Source: Octopus vulgaris (taxonomy: Eukaryota). From it: DNA of 64,000 nt. The notes below the pieces were generated by a model. That model was given only the letters and a program-made list of their open reading frames with translations, searched no databases and was not told where the DNA came from. The translations under genes were made by a program, and so were the position numbers. This document shows, in pieces, positions 26,167-37,864 of this stretch (position 1 is its first letter; every line of letters starts with the position of its first letter). The stretch covers positions 87,296,001 through 87,360,000 of the forward strand of contig OX597814.1 of NCBI GenBank assembly GCA_951406725.2. Direction: 5' to 3'.

Positions 26167-26858
26167 TTTCAGCACAACGTATTTCTGTAGTGGGTATATA
26201 ATAATATGTGGAAATTGATGATTTAAAAGTCTGTTATCAGCATATTGGCATAGAAATAATTTTCTTTTGCCCTTGTTTATAATTTTAACCTTTAAAGGTA
26301 TTTTAATATGCTGCCACTTTTTTGATGAAATTTTTTCCTGTAAAAAAACTTCATCCTATATTAGTTGTAGATTTATTACTATTCGCTATAGGGACTGGTA
26401 ACCACTATAAGCTGTGGTGAAGAACAGTTAACACGTGTGCTGAGGCTAGCCAAAGGATTTTATATTTAGATATATCTGGGGTACTTATGTGTACACATGA
26501 CTTTTGCTTCGGCTTTTTTTTCCATGGGCGCATATAAGTATTTCATTTATTTCTATTCGTATTTTCTACTGAAGAGGAAAAAATCTCTGAGATTAATTCC
26601 GAAATTGATTCAATATAGAAATAACGAACCTTTTAAAAAAATTCTTTTGGCTAGTTTTTCTTGATTTCAGCACAACGTATTTCTGTAGTGGGCATATAAT
26701 AATATGTGGAAATTGACGATTTAAAAGTCTGTTATCAGCATATTGGCATAGAAATAATTTTCTTTTGCCCTTGTTTATAATTTTAACCTTTAAAGGTATT
26801 TTAATATACTGCCACTTTTTTGATGAAATTTTTTCCTGTAAAAAAACTTCATCCTATA
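26167..26858 (+). repeat. 498-bp-period partial tandem unit (194-bp direct repeats) containing the hammerhead; retrozyme/Penelope-pLTR-like
   Basis: 26167-26360 and 26665-26858 differ at only 3 positions by eye; flanked on both sides by (TA)n. Confidence 0.85.
26556..26628 (+). ncRNA. Type I hammerhead ribozyme
   Basis: Stem I TTTCTA/TAGAAA (extended by TTCGT/ACGAA); core CTGAAGA 26569-26575; stem II GGAA/TTCC plus AATCT/AGATT; GAAA 26601-26604; stem III TTG-att-CAA; cleavage triplet ATA (cut after 26615). Confidence 0.8.
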
Positions 26859-26873
26859 GTAGTAGTAGTAGTA

Positions 26874-26912
<39 letters not shown>

Positions 26913-27904
26913 TTGGGATGCGTCTTCCAGGCTGGAGCATCTCCGACGTTGGTAAATACAGTAATGTTTCACGATATCTTTACTTTAGGTGAGCATCTAT
27001 ATATAGTGTTTTTAGAAGTGTTTTTATTATAAACACACACACACACACACACTATCGTTCGTAAAGGCTAATATGGATGTCCAGTGAAACGGGTAGGAAT
27101 TTTATGGAAGATATTATTACTTCATAGTAAGCTCTCAATTCTGGCTCTAATAATATATTTTAATATGCGATGCTAAGTACAGAGATAACAGCCTTACTTT
27201 CGGAGGAAAATTTACTACTACAGTATATGTTAAAAATAAGTCTAAATATCTTACTTCTTTACAGGAGAGTAGCGTTTGAGAAATAGGGAAAATGTATTTC
27301 CTTTTGTGATTCGACACTTAAATTTCAGATCCAAACGGAATAGATTTCGCTATTAATTCTAGGATGAAAAGTGGAAGTTAATTCAATCAAATAAACTCTT
27401 CTATAAATTTGTGGTTTAGTATCAGTTAAAAAATTTCTTCTTTTGCTGTGAAAGTAACAGAACTATAAGACAAAATGATAAGAGCATAAACCACAGTATT
27501 GCCTTTTTAACATAAACTAATTCATCATTCATTCTGTAACTGTTCTCTTGTCTTTTCTTGACTGAATATATTGGTATTCTGTTCGAAGGATACTTTACAA
27601 AGTTGACAATAAATCTTTCAGCGTACTTGCAGGGATACACTATACTGCAAATGGACTGTTATATCAAATTGAATTCGATATGTGTAAAATTATTTAAATA
27701 TTTATGATATTTTATGGTGTGGTTGTGTTGGATTAAGCGATAGCATAATATTGCTGTAGCCCCTATGTTAGAGACAAGGTAACCAAATAGATGAAGTATC
27801 AAACTACCTGCTCATAAGTTGTGGGCTCAAATCCTGTACAGATATTTTATTGTTTCTAAGCTGAGCATTTTATTCTCTCCATTGCTCCGTTAAACCAACC
27901 GTCA

Positions 27905-28214
27905 GAAATCGGTTACGACGATGATGGTTCCAGTTGATCCGATGAACGGAACAGCCTGCTCGTAAAGTTAACGTGCAAGTGATTAAGCACTCCACAGACA
28001 CGTGTACCCTTAACGTGATTCTCGGGGGGATTCAGCATGACATAGAGTGTGACAAGGTTGGCCCTTCGAAATACAGGTACAGTAGAAACCGGAAGAAAGA
28101 GTGAGAGAAAGTTGTGGTGAAAGAATACAGCAGGGTTCGCCTCTCCCCCACTTCCGGAGCCTCGTGGAGCTGTTATGTGTTTTCGCTCTAACCACTGGGT
28201 CATTGCACCTCCAC
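27905..28214 (-). mobile_element. SINE family C with internal deletion in the tRNA head
   Basis: Shares CCGGAGCCTCGTGGAGCT...GTGTTTTCGCT and CTAACCACTxGGxCATTGCxCCTCCAC with 6122-6275. Confidence 0.7.
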
Positions 28215-28697
28215 TATTTTACTGTAGAAGAGGATAGCAAATACTACAAAAATGCAGATATGAGAAATTCATCTATTTACGTCCGAGTTCGAATTCCTTC
28301 AAGGCTAACTTTGCCTTTTATCCTTTTGGGCGTCTATAATATAAATACCAATCAATTGTTAGGTCCATTTTCCACTAAATCTGTCTCCAAAATTTGAGGC
28401 CCTGCATTTATGTTGAAAATCAATATTTTAGCTTCAATAAGGCCTAGCTATATATTTCACTCTTTTCTACTTACACTCTTTACTTACAATATTGTGCGTT
28501 ATCTGAGAGAGTTTACGTACATCATTCCTAAGACAGAATGTTATAGATTTTGACAGAACCAGATGTACGTTTAACTATACAAATCAACAGCTTTACTAAT
28601 AATTATACGCACTAGTCATAACTTATAAACAGGAAAAGAAGCTTGTACCTCATATACTCTCCAGTGCATTGATACAAAAAATAAAATTATAACCAAC

Positions 28698-28788
28698 CTG
28701 TTGTGTTGATTGGTAGCTATTAAGCCGGAAACGATTGGCTCCACGTTTTGCTCTCCTATGTACCCCTTCCATATCTTCTTTGATTAAC
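28698..28788 (-). CDS. M14A pro-carboxypeptidase exon (pro/mature junction)
   Basis: ttccag|G LIKEDMEGVHRRAKRGANRFRLNSYQSTQQ|gttggt; 91 bp, phase 2->0 bridges the flanking exons exactly; F-x-x-x-x-Y corresponds to the usual F...YH mature start. Confidence 0.88.
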
Positions 28789-29145
28789 CTGGAATTTATC
28801 AACAGAACCCCATAGCGCAATGTCATAAATATTATAAACGAAGTACTGAAGTTTAAGGAACATTAAAACAATTTTAACGAATAATCACAAAATTAAATTG
28901 CTACACCAGTATGCCATGGCTATATTATTTATAGGTTGCAGACCAAAGCAAAGTGAATGGCGCCGGCATACTTATATATAGTATATATTATGTATGTGCA
29001 ATAATATTTGTTATGGTCTGGATGCTCTCAGAGGACAAGATTTATGACGTTTTTACGACATACAAACGTTATTCACTCTCCACTTTAAATGTTCACACTG
29101 CATACAACTTACATAGACGCATTTTACATATACAAAAAATGCATA

Positions 29146-30053
29146 CGAGGTGGTATCAAAAGGTTCCTGGACTACTTATATTTAATAAAAAAAATAACTT
29201 ATTTACCAAAGTTTTAACATCATCTCCTTCGAAACATAGTCACATTGCACGACAATACACCGGTCCCAGCGTTCCTGCCACATTTAGAATCCAGTCTGGA
29301 AGTAGTTTTTCGTAAGCGAGTCAACTATCTTCTGATATTCGCTGTGGATCTCGGCAGCGGTGTTAAAACGGCAATCTTTGAGCTGCATTTTTATCTTGGG
29401 GAAGAGATGTAAGTCTGCAGGTGCTAAATCTGGCAAATAGGGTCGGTGCGAAAGCGATACCATGGTTTTGGCGAGAAACACGAGTGAGGAAAGCTTGGTG
29501 ACAGGGTGCATTATCGTCGCGAAGAATCCAATTCTTCGCAAACGTTAGGATTGTTTGTGCGGACCCATACGACAGACCAACAACATCAGCAATGTCGTTG
29601 ATTGTACTCCGGCCATCCTCATGCACTAACTGATGAATTTTCTCCACACACCGGGGGTGAAACTTGTGGCAGGTCTTCCAGGTCGCCTATCGTTTTCCAG
29701 GGACGTTCTTTCGCGTTTGAAGCGCCATTCGAAACATTGCGTACGACCCATTGCCTCGTTGCTGCAAGCTTACTGAAACATGCTCAATGCCTCTGTTGCA
29801 GACTTCCCAAGTTTAACGCATAATTTCACGTTGGCTTTTTGTTCCAACTTCCTGTCCATGACAGAATCACAGACAACAGCATATTTCTGATCACAAAAAC
29901 ACAAATTTCACAACTTGCAAAGTAAACACAGCAATGTCACTCAGCACACAGTCTCATGAAAGTCACTGCTAGCTCTCACTACGCACGCAACCGTGTGCTG
30001 CCATCTGTTGGCATGCTACAGAACTAGTCTAGGAAACTTTTGATACCACCTCG
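29146..30053 (-). mobile_element. Internally deleted mariner element with both TIRs
   Basis: TIR CGAGGTGGTATCAAAAG..../CTTTTGATACCACCTCG; TA TSDs; IHQLVHEDGRSTINDIADVVGLSYGS fused to WILRDDNAPCH and PYLPDLAPADLHLFPKIK. Confidence 0.92.
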
Positions 30054-30059
30054 TATATG

Positions 30060-30252
30060 TCTTTTATCGTTTACTTGCTTCAGTCATTAGATTGCGACTA
30101 AGCTGGGGAACCACCTTGAAGAACTTCAGTTGAACGAATCTTTCCTAGTACTTATTTTTTAAAAACCTGGTACTTATTCTATCGTTTTCTTTTGCCGAAC
30201 TGCAAAGCTACAGGGACGTAAACACACCAGCACCAGTTATTAAGCGGTGGGG

Positions 30253-30292
<40 letters not shown>

Positions 30293-30400
30293 TGGGCATC
30301 GTTCAGTTTCTGTCAACCGAATCTATTAACTAGACATTGGTCGATCCGAGGCTATAGTAGAAGACACATGGCCAAGGTGTCACAAAGCGGGACTGAACCC
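30060..30400 (-). mobile_element. SINE family A (degenerate)
   Basis: Homology to the other family A copies. Confidence 0.75.
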
Positions 30401-30439
30401 TGACAAACTGCCTGTAATGTATCCAATGTAGTGTACATT

Positions 30440-31010
30440 AATAATACTTCTAGAACGTGTAGTTTCCCGGATGGAGTACAATATGGATCAGTCCTCTTAA
30501 CTACCTTTTTCAAACTCTACCATACATGAACATCCTACACCTCTACAAAGTGTACGAACATCGTCATATGCAGATGATCGCAAGTATTACATTTAGTCAA
30601 GGAAAACAACAAAAAAACCCAAAACAAACAAAATATAACTGGTGTACAAACTATAATACCTTTAGTGCATCTTGAACTATGCAAGTGCTAACTTGTCTCT
30701 CAATCTCTCCGCAACAAACCACAATAAACTGCATAGAATATATACACAAATTACACACAGATCTTTTACGCAACAAGACAAAAACAATGATAACAAAAAA
30801 AAAATGACCTGTACATGAAATCCCAATCACTACATGAAAATCACCTCAAAGCACGCAGGTCCATATACAAAAGCTTTCTAAAAATACTATATCCCAGGAC
30901 TAGCATAGGGATCACATGCACACAACAGTACACTTCAACATGTAATAACTTGACTGGAATGAATACTGCCAACAAAAGGTTCGGAGAAATAGCATTAGTC
31001 GAACACTAGA
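30440..31010 (+). mobile_element. Degenerate I/Jockey-like LINE RT fragment
   Basis: DGVQYGSVLL...YADD remnants at 30465-30580. Confidence 0.6.
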
Positions 31011-31314
31011 CGAAACCTCTTTCGACTTCGTTGCATATGCACAGAAGTAGAATGTAGAGAGGAGTCGATGTAGTGTCTCCAAACTCTTACACTGCACTAC
31101 ATGTCTTTCATTTGTGCATGTCGGAGTGGACATTATTGTTATCAACTAGAGGTATAATATAAGTAAGAAATAATATAAGTAAGAAATGTAGGCCGCATTT
31201 GATCGTTCGACAGACACCCTCCGTGTTACAGGAATGCTTGATTACAAGAACAGCTTGAGCTATCATCCTTACATCATACATTTTGCGTACATAGCTCACA
31301 TACAACCTATTATA

Positions 31315-31533
31315 CAGTAATCCCTCGACTATCGCGGGTGTTACGTTCCCAAAACCCCGCAATAGGTGAAAATCTGCGAAGTAGAAACAGTACTGTATGT
31401 CTATTTTATTATTATTTTTATAATTTGTATATATTTATTTTATTATAAATGCAAAACAATACTATGGAGGAATGGACGTAAGCTTAAATAATAAACTGCA
31501 ATAGGTGAACCGCGATATGGCAAGGGATTACTG
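31315..31533. mobile_element. Tigger/pogo-type MITE
   Basis: TIR CAGTAATCCCTCGACTATCGCGG / CCGCGATATGGCAAGGGATTACTG; TA TSD on both sides. Confidence 0.88.
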
Positions 31534-31591
31534 TACACACTACGTATACAACCTGCACACACACGCGCACGCACGCACGCTCGCACGCTCG

Positions 31592-31647
<56 letters not shown>

Positions 31648-33859
31648 TACACACACACGCATACACACACACAGAACCCCCACCACTATCCATCCATATT
31701 CTGTTCATGTCACAGATACAACCCATACACAAAATATACAATCAACAACACCCGGTAAACACTGCACCCACACGACATTTCCATCCTTCATATACTGCTC
31801 TTCTCCCACACACATAACAACCCTCGCTCTGCAAACAAGTTGCCAACACACGGTACATACGCACTACATGCACCTAAGAAAATTTATCTGTGTAAGGCAG
31901 ATGTAAAAAGCTAACACAACACCCAAATGTCGTGACTCAAAGTGTCATATTGCAATGGAGAAGAAAGATGTTGTTTATATTAAAAAAATATAATGTTCTT
32001 TTTGACCTCTTTAAAATAAATTTTATTTTTTTAGCAGCAAAACTGCTATATTTAGCTATAAGTGTTACTGGAGGTTGTTAATATTGTTGTAACTGTTGCT
32101 GCATCTGTCGGTTAACTCTATGTCAGCCTTGGTACTTATGATCAAAAGCATTCCGGTCACAACCATGCAGCCGTTTTTTCCTATTTCCCGGGAACCTAAT
32201 AAGCACATCCGTCGTTGTCCATTTTTAAAGATAGTATAGTGTCATTGTGGCATTTACTTGTTTAATGAAAATTTAATCTCATGCATTACCTTGATGTTTA
32301 AGAATATACTTTTCCTTCTTAATGATCTTTTTCGTTTTTTAAAATAATTTTGAATAATCTTTCCTGGATATTCAATTCGTTCAGAGGTTTATTATTGCTT
32401 GCAGACAGTTTTTCGAAATCAGTGACGAAAAGTTACTGGAAAAACGATAAAAGAATTTGCATTGGGACATCCCTTCATCGAAAACCGGTGATTGTCGTAC
32501 GCCGACGACAGGTCAATACCTAGAAACTGCAGTCCGTGCGTATCACTTAGGTTGACGAGGGAGGGATCCCCTCCCTTTGCAAATACCATAAGGGCACAGA
32601 AAGTGTGCCTAAAGCCAGCTGGAGACGATGTTCTCCTGGGGCTACAAGCTACAGTAACACCCACCCTTAGTGGTTAGCCATATTGAGATGGCAAGTATAC
32701 CCCAATAATTAGACAGTAACAATGAATTGTTTTTAACCTGTTGAAAGTAACGAAAGCTTCCATGATAATAAGCTTGTGTGAAGTGTATGTGTGTTTTACG
32801 TGTGTATTTCCTGTCTCAAAATTCATTCAGGGTCACTTAAATGTATAATGAGCTGAACAGTATTGGTCATCTGGAATTATCTAAACAATTAATAGACGAA
32901 AACTTTAGGGGCAGATTGGGTTCAAAATTTAAAAAAATAAAATAAACAATATTTTCAGATGGTCAAATTTTGGGGGCAATATAGATACTGTAAACTAGAG
33001 TGGATCTGGGTTTTTTTAAAGAATTCTGCTGAAAGTAGCGGACGTGTTTCGATCATATCAAAGGAATGTTTGTGTGCTAATTACTTGGATAATCTACGGT
33101 GATCAAAGATTTTCAATCCACTAAATTACATATGTGAGAATCTATTTTATTTATATTTAATTATAGTATGTACCCCTGAAGTATTTTCCTTCATTCATAT
33201 TATTCAAGGTCAGCACATCCGGGGGAAGGGGTAAGTCGATTACATCGACCCTCAGTATACTTATTTTATTGACCCCAAAAGGATGTAAACCAAAGTCGAT
33301 CCCGGCGAATGTTGTATTCAGAAAGTAGCGCCGGACGAAATTCCGGTAAGCATTTTGCCCGGCTTGCTTAGCGATTCTGCCGGCTCGATACCTTCCTTAG
33401 TTATATTATTGATATTCATAATCAGCATCCCTACATTCCTATATATATATTCACACACACACACATACACAAATGTATGTTTGTATGTGTGTATGTACAT
33501 GTGAACAGACGTTTTATTTGGTATCGAATATCTTCTGTTTTGCTTCTTTCTTTTTCTTTTCTTTGTTTTTTTTTTTGTTTTGTTTTGATAAAAGGGTTTA
33601 TTACCCAAAACGTCACATTGTTTTCTGCTCCTTCGCTTGGCGTACTGAGCTTTACTGTACTTTTCATCGTCTGTTGCTTCTTTCGTCTTACGCTTTTCAT
33701 GCACGTGATTTTGCTTTTCAATCTCCCCGAGGTATCATTTGCTTTCACTTTACCACTAATTATACTCTCGTTATTCGTGACTTTTTCGTACTCCGCCCCC
33801 ACCCCAGATATTGATTAACTTAGTTTTGTCAAGTGAGTAGACTATACTTAGATGAGAAG

Positions 33860-34091
33860 AAGGCGGCGAGCTGGCTGAATCGTTAGCGCGCCGGGCCAAA
33901 TGCGTAGCCGTATTTCGTCTGCCGCTACGTTCTGAGTTCAAATTCCGCCGAGGCTGACTTTGCCTTTCATAATTTCGGGGTCGATTCAATAAGTACCAGT
34001 TACGCACTGGGGTCGATATAATCAACTTAATCCGTTTGTGTGTCCTTGTTTGTCTCCTTTATGTTTAGCCCCTTGTGGGCAATAAAGAAAT
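33860..34091 (+). mobile_element. SINE family B with long target-site duplication
   Basis: Full head and tail ...GGGCAATAAAGAAA; flanked by the direct repeat TATACTTAGATGAGAAG (33843-33859 and 34093-34109). Confidence 0.92.
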
Positions 34092-35081
34092 ATATACTTA
34101 GATGAGAAGTGTAATAAGATTGAAACATGTTTGTTGCTTTCCTCAGTTTTAACAAAATCCCTTTGAATCAGCATCGTTCATATTATGTAAAAATTGCCAC
34201 CAACTTATTAGAGTAGTTTTTTTTTTTTTTAGATTTTAAACACACCTTGAAGGAATTTTATTGATAATCTGAGTTTATCGAAGGTTTCAACTTACTACGT
34301 TACATATATGTGACCTAGCCTTTTACCTTTTACTTGCTTCAATCATTGGGCTGCAACCATGCTTGGGCACCGCCTTGAAAGATCTTAGTCGAACGAATCG
34401 ACTCAAGTACTTAAAGCCTGGTATTTATTTTTATTTTTCACATTTGCTGAACCGCTAAGTTACGAGGACATAAACAAACCAACACCGGTTGTTAAGCGGT
34501 GGTGGGGGTACAAACACAGACACACACACACACAAACACACACACACATGCACGCACGCACACACGTAACACATGCACACTCATTTGAATAATATGTATG
34601 TATATGTATTTATATATGCCCTGATATATATATATGTGTGTGTGTGTGTGTGTATACATATATATATATATGCAAATATATATATAAATACGTACATACA
34701 CATACATACGCATGCATTCATACATACATACATATATAATACATACATATATACGCAGGGTGGCGATTTATATTTCAAACTTCCTAACAATTTTAGTTTA
34801 GAGTCTATAAGAATCAGTTTTTCGAGCATTTTAATGCAGTCTAATGCACAGGATTGTAGAAGGTTGTGATTTACATTACGAATAGAGACATGCACTGCAG
34901 ACATAAACTTCTGTTTTTATTTGTAATTAAAGCAGTTTTACATCGACATTTAGTGATATTCTTTTATCGTTTTCACTGCAGCATCACAAACAGCAATAAA
35001 TCAGCAGGTATCATTTTATGGAGGATCCATCTTTATAAGAACAATAAAAATGAAAGAAATAAGCCCTATGGAATTACTTAC

Positions 35082-35218
35082 TTATCTACGTCATCAATGA
35101 GGATGTTGAATGGAGTTTTTGTTTCGTCCAGTGCAATTTTCACGATTCGCCTTTGTTCTGGGCTTACCCGTATATGAAAGCTGTCGTCAAACTCTGTTGG
35201 TAACTTCCAGAAATCCAG
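35082..35218 (-). CDS. M14A pro-carboxypeptidase exon (activation peptide)
   Basis: taccag|LDFWKLPTEFDDSFHIRVSPEQRRIVKIALDETKTPFNILIDDVD+AA|gtaagt; 137 bp, phase 0->2; LDFW...I-x-V-x-P...I-x-D-V is the Propep_M14 pattern. Confidence 0.92.
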
Positions 35219-35390
35219 CTGGTAAATATATAATTGCACATTTTCATTACATTTAATAACTTGAAATAATTTTCTACATCGTGATATTACATTTCTAAAT
35301 GCTATTCCTATTTCTGTGCTTCGCTACGAGAAAATTGAGAAAATGCCGGAAAAGTGACACTTTGACACCGATGTAGCGTAAAAGTCACAA

Positions 35391-35452
<62 letters not shown>

Positions 35453-35474
35453 GTATGTATATATATATATATTT

Positions 35475-36110
35475 ATCGAGGCATCACCCCGGTCAGGCTG
35501 ATTGCCCAGGCTAGCCTGACTACTTCTCTCCATCCCTCCTGATTTTCCATTAGTGTTTTTAGGTCATCAACTTGGCATCCAACTTCTTCTGCAAGCTGTT
35601 GTATAAACGCCTCCAGTGATCTTCCAGTTGATTTGGTACCATGATTTGGTGTCCACAACAACACGTTAATCACAATTTCTTTACTTCTCCAGTAGTAGCC
35701 GCAAACTTCAATCTCCGCACTTGGGTGGTGGATGAAAAAGTTGGTACATTCCCATATAGCCGTTGTTTTATTGGGTGCTCCCGCTAAGAGATGTTGAGCA
35801 CTGCACGTAACATTCTGGTGTAGGCACCGTCCAGCATGCACTTGAGTCTCTTGGTGAGCATCCAAGTCGGAGATCCATATACAAGCACAGATTCAACAAC
35901 TGCTCTGAAGAACTGTCTCTTCAAATTATCTGGTAGGGATGACTTCCATAGTGTTCTAAGACCGTCTATAGCTACCCAAGCCTTAGCAACGCGAGATTTA
36001 ATATCTTTTTCTGTGGACACGATTTTGCTGCCTATGTGAGTAAACTCGTAAACTTTTTCCAAGGGCTTCTGTTTGATGGTCCTGGTTTCACCTGTTGTGT
36101 TCAGACACAA
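35475..36110 (-). mobile_element. RTE-clade LINE 3' fragment
   Basis: LEKVYEFTHIGSKIVSTEKDIKSRVAKAWVA...LKRQFFRAVVESVLVYGSPTW...LDGAYTRMLRAVLNIS; (TA)n tail. Confidence 0.88.
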
Positions 36111-37402
36111 GTAAGTCATTCAGAAACACACTAAGACTGTTAACTTGTATTACATTTGTATTATTTTTGTTATGTAGTGTCAAAATTTTCGTCAACTACG
36201 AAACAAATGGTCAACGTTGTCAGTGACCAGGTCACAGTTTCGAATGACGAAACATATGACGAAAAATATGACACCATACAATCAATAATAAATGTTTAAG
36301 TGGAGTTAACAAACTTTGCGTATGTTTGAATGGCTAAAAAGTGTCTTCCATGCTGCAGTTAGTTTACTTTCAACAAACGGTCTCAGATCAAATCACTTGC
36401 CTAGCAAATGCACCTCTGTGATACACTTCAACAGTCTAGCAGTGACGTGTACGAATGGACGTTGTGACATTTAAACGACTAAGGGGCAAAATGAGTAATT
36501 TTTAATTTCTTGTTTTCCCTCTACTTTTTTGAAACCATTACATTGCGAGTATTGCATCATAGCTTTGTAATGTTGTAACAGCTTTGGGGAAAAAAATTGG
36601 TTAGCATTGTTGTTGAAGTTGAGAGAGTTTGAAACATACAAGACTATTTTGTCAAGAAATTTTTCCTCAACTTTGATCCGATTGTAATTGAGGTTGCTAA
36701 TAAAATATCTGGATAATTTTTGGTGTTTAAAAATCAATATTCTTTTCTCTGTTGGATTCCAAGTCAATTTTTTCTCACACTAATGTCTAATTTGATAATT
36801 TTCGAAAATGTCTAAATCGGGGCAAAATGAGTAACGACCAATTTCAATAATTACTTTTTTAACTGCATGGTACATAAATACATCGGTAAGAGAGCCAATC
36901 CATCAGATCGTGAAGAAATTATAGAGAATATTTTATGTTGAGTTTTTAGATTTAGTCGAGTTTTGTTAATTGCGTATCAAGTGTCATTGTTTCAAGATCC
37001 TCATTCATTTAAAACTGATGTGGATACTTTTTCAACTGGTTAGCCCACACATGCGCAGTGTTACTTTAAACAAGTTTTTTAATATTTTTGAAGAAATATT
37101 CATTCTTGTCACGGACTTTATAACTTTGCAAAACTAGGTCATATATTTTTGCGGTAAAGTATGCAAAGAAGGCATCGTTTCCTTAACTGCATTCAAATCA
37201 CGCCCAAAGCCACATGGCATTATGTTTTATGCAGGTGGCATGTTTTTGAGATCAACTCATATATTTTAGTGTTAAATCATATGTAAACATTCTCTTATGT
37301 AACTATTAACTTCTTTCCCAGATGTCGCTGAGCCCTGACGTCAGAAAACTTGACGAGTCAAACAATAATGGGTGTGTATCTGTTAAGACAGTCGAAACTC
37401 AC

Positions 37403-37478
37403 CTTATGCTTTCGACCAACTTTGACGAAATAGTCGAATGTGCTGGTATTTTTAGGCAGGATCTTCCACACTTGGTGC
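37403..37478 (-). CDS. M14A pro-carboxypeptidase exon (pro-domain start)
   Basis: tttcag|G HQVWKILPKNTSTFDYFVKVGRKHK|gtgagt; 76 bp, phase 2->0; matches the xQVxxxxP start of the M14 activation peptide. Confidence 0.85.
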
Positions 37479-37679
37479 CTGAAATAATAATAAAGATGAT
37501 GATGAAGACGATAACGATACCAATTTTTTTATTTGCCTGAAGGGCCCGAGACGTTAGGACAGTACTATGAAGAAGTACATATGACATTAACAAATCAGTA
37601 ACAAATCAAATTCTAGTAAAAGGATGAAGTTGACAAAAATAATTAAAGGCGCATTAATAAATAGATAACAATAAATTAC

Positions 37680-37735
37680 ACTGGTAGTAGAAACAAAAAT
37701 AAGAACAAAAAAATGAGTCCCGAGTAATGAGCCAT
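37680..37735 (-). CDS. Candidate first coding exon (signal peptide) of M14A pro-carboxypeptidase
   Basis: ATG at 37735 gives MAHYSGLIFLFLFLFLLP+GT, then a weak GTAATT donor. Phase 2 matches the next exon (GT|G=V then HQVWK). A TATATAAAAAA box lies about 120 bp upstream. The hydrophobic run could instead be a polypyrimidine tract. Confidence 0.4.
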
Positions 37736-37851
37736 AACTCTTGGTGGAATCCAATTTCTTAATCGTTTCCTGCGGCTTCGTTTCGCATTTTTCACAGCAC
37801 CCGCAAACTGGATGTGACACTTCTTCACTTCTAGTAACAGAGACGTGACGA

Positions 37852-37862
37852 TTTTTTATATA
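37852..37862 (-). promoter_or_regulatory. Candidate TATA box for the carboxypeptidase gene
   Basis: TATATAAAAAA on the minus strand, about 30 nt upstream of 37830 and about 120 nt upstream of the candidate ATG. The AT-rich background makes chance occurrence plausible. Confidence 0.3.
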
Positions 37863-37864
37863 CC

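Noticed and set aside
27422-27640. 72-aa minus ORF with a hydrophobic C-terminus inside the gene
   Set aside because: Exons 28698-28788 and 23165-23266 already join in phase with nothing missing; no convincing splice sites or homology.
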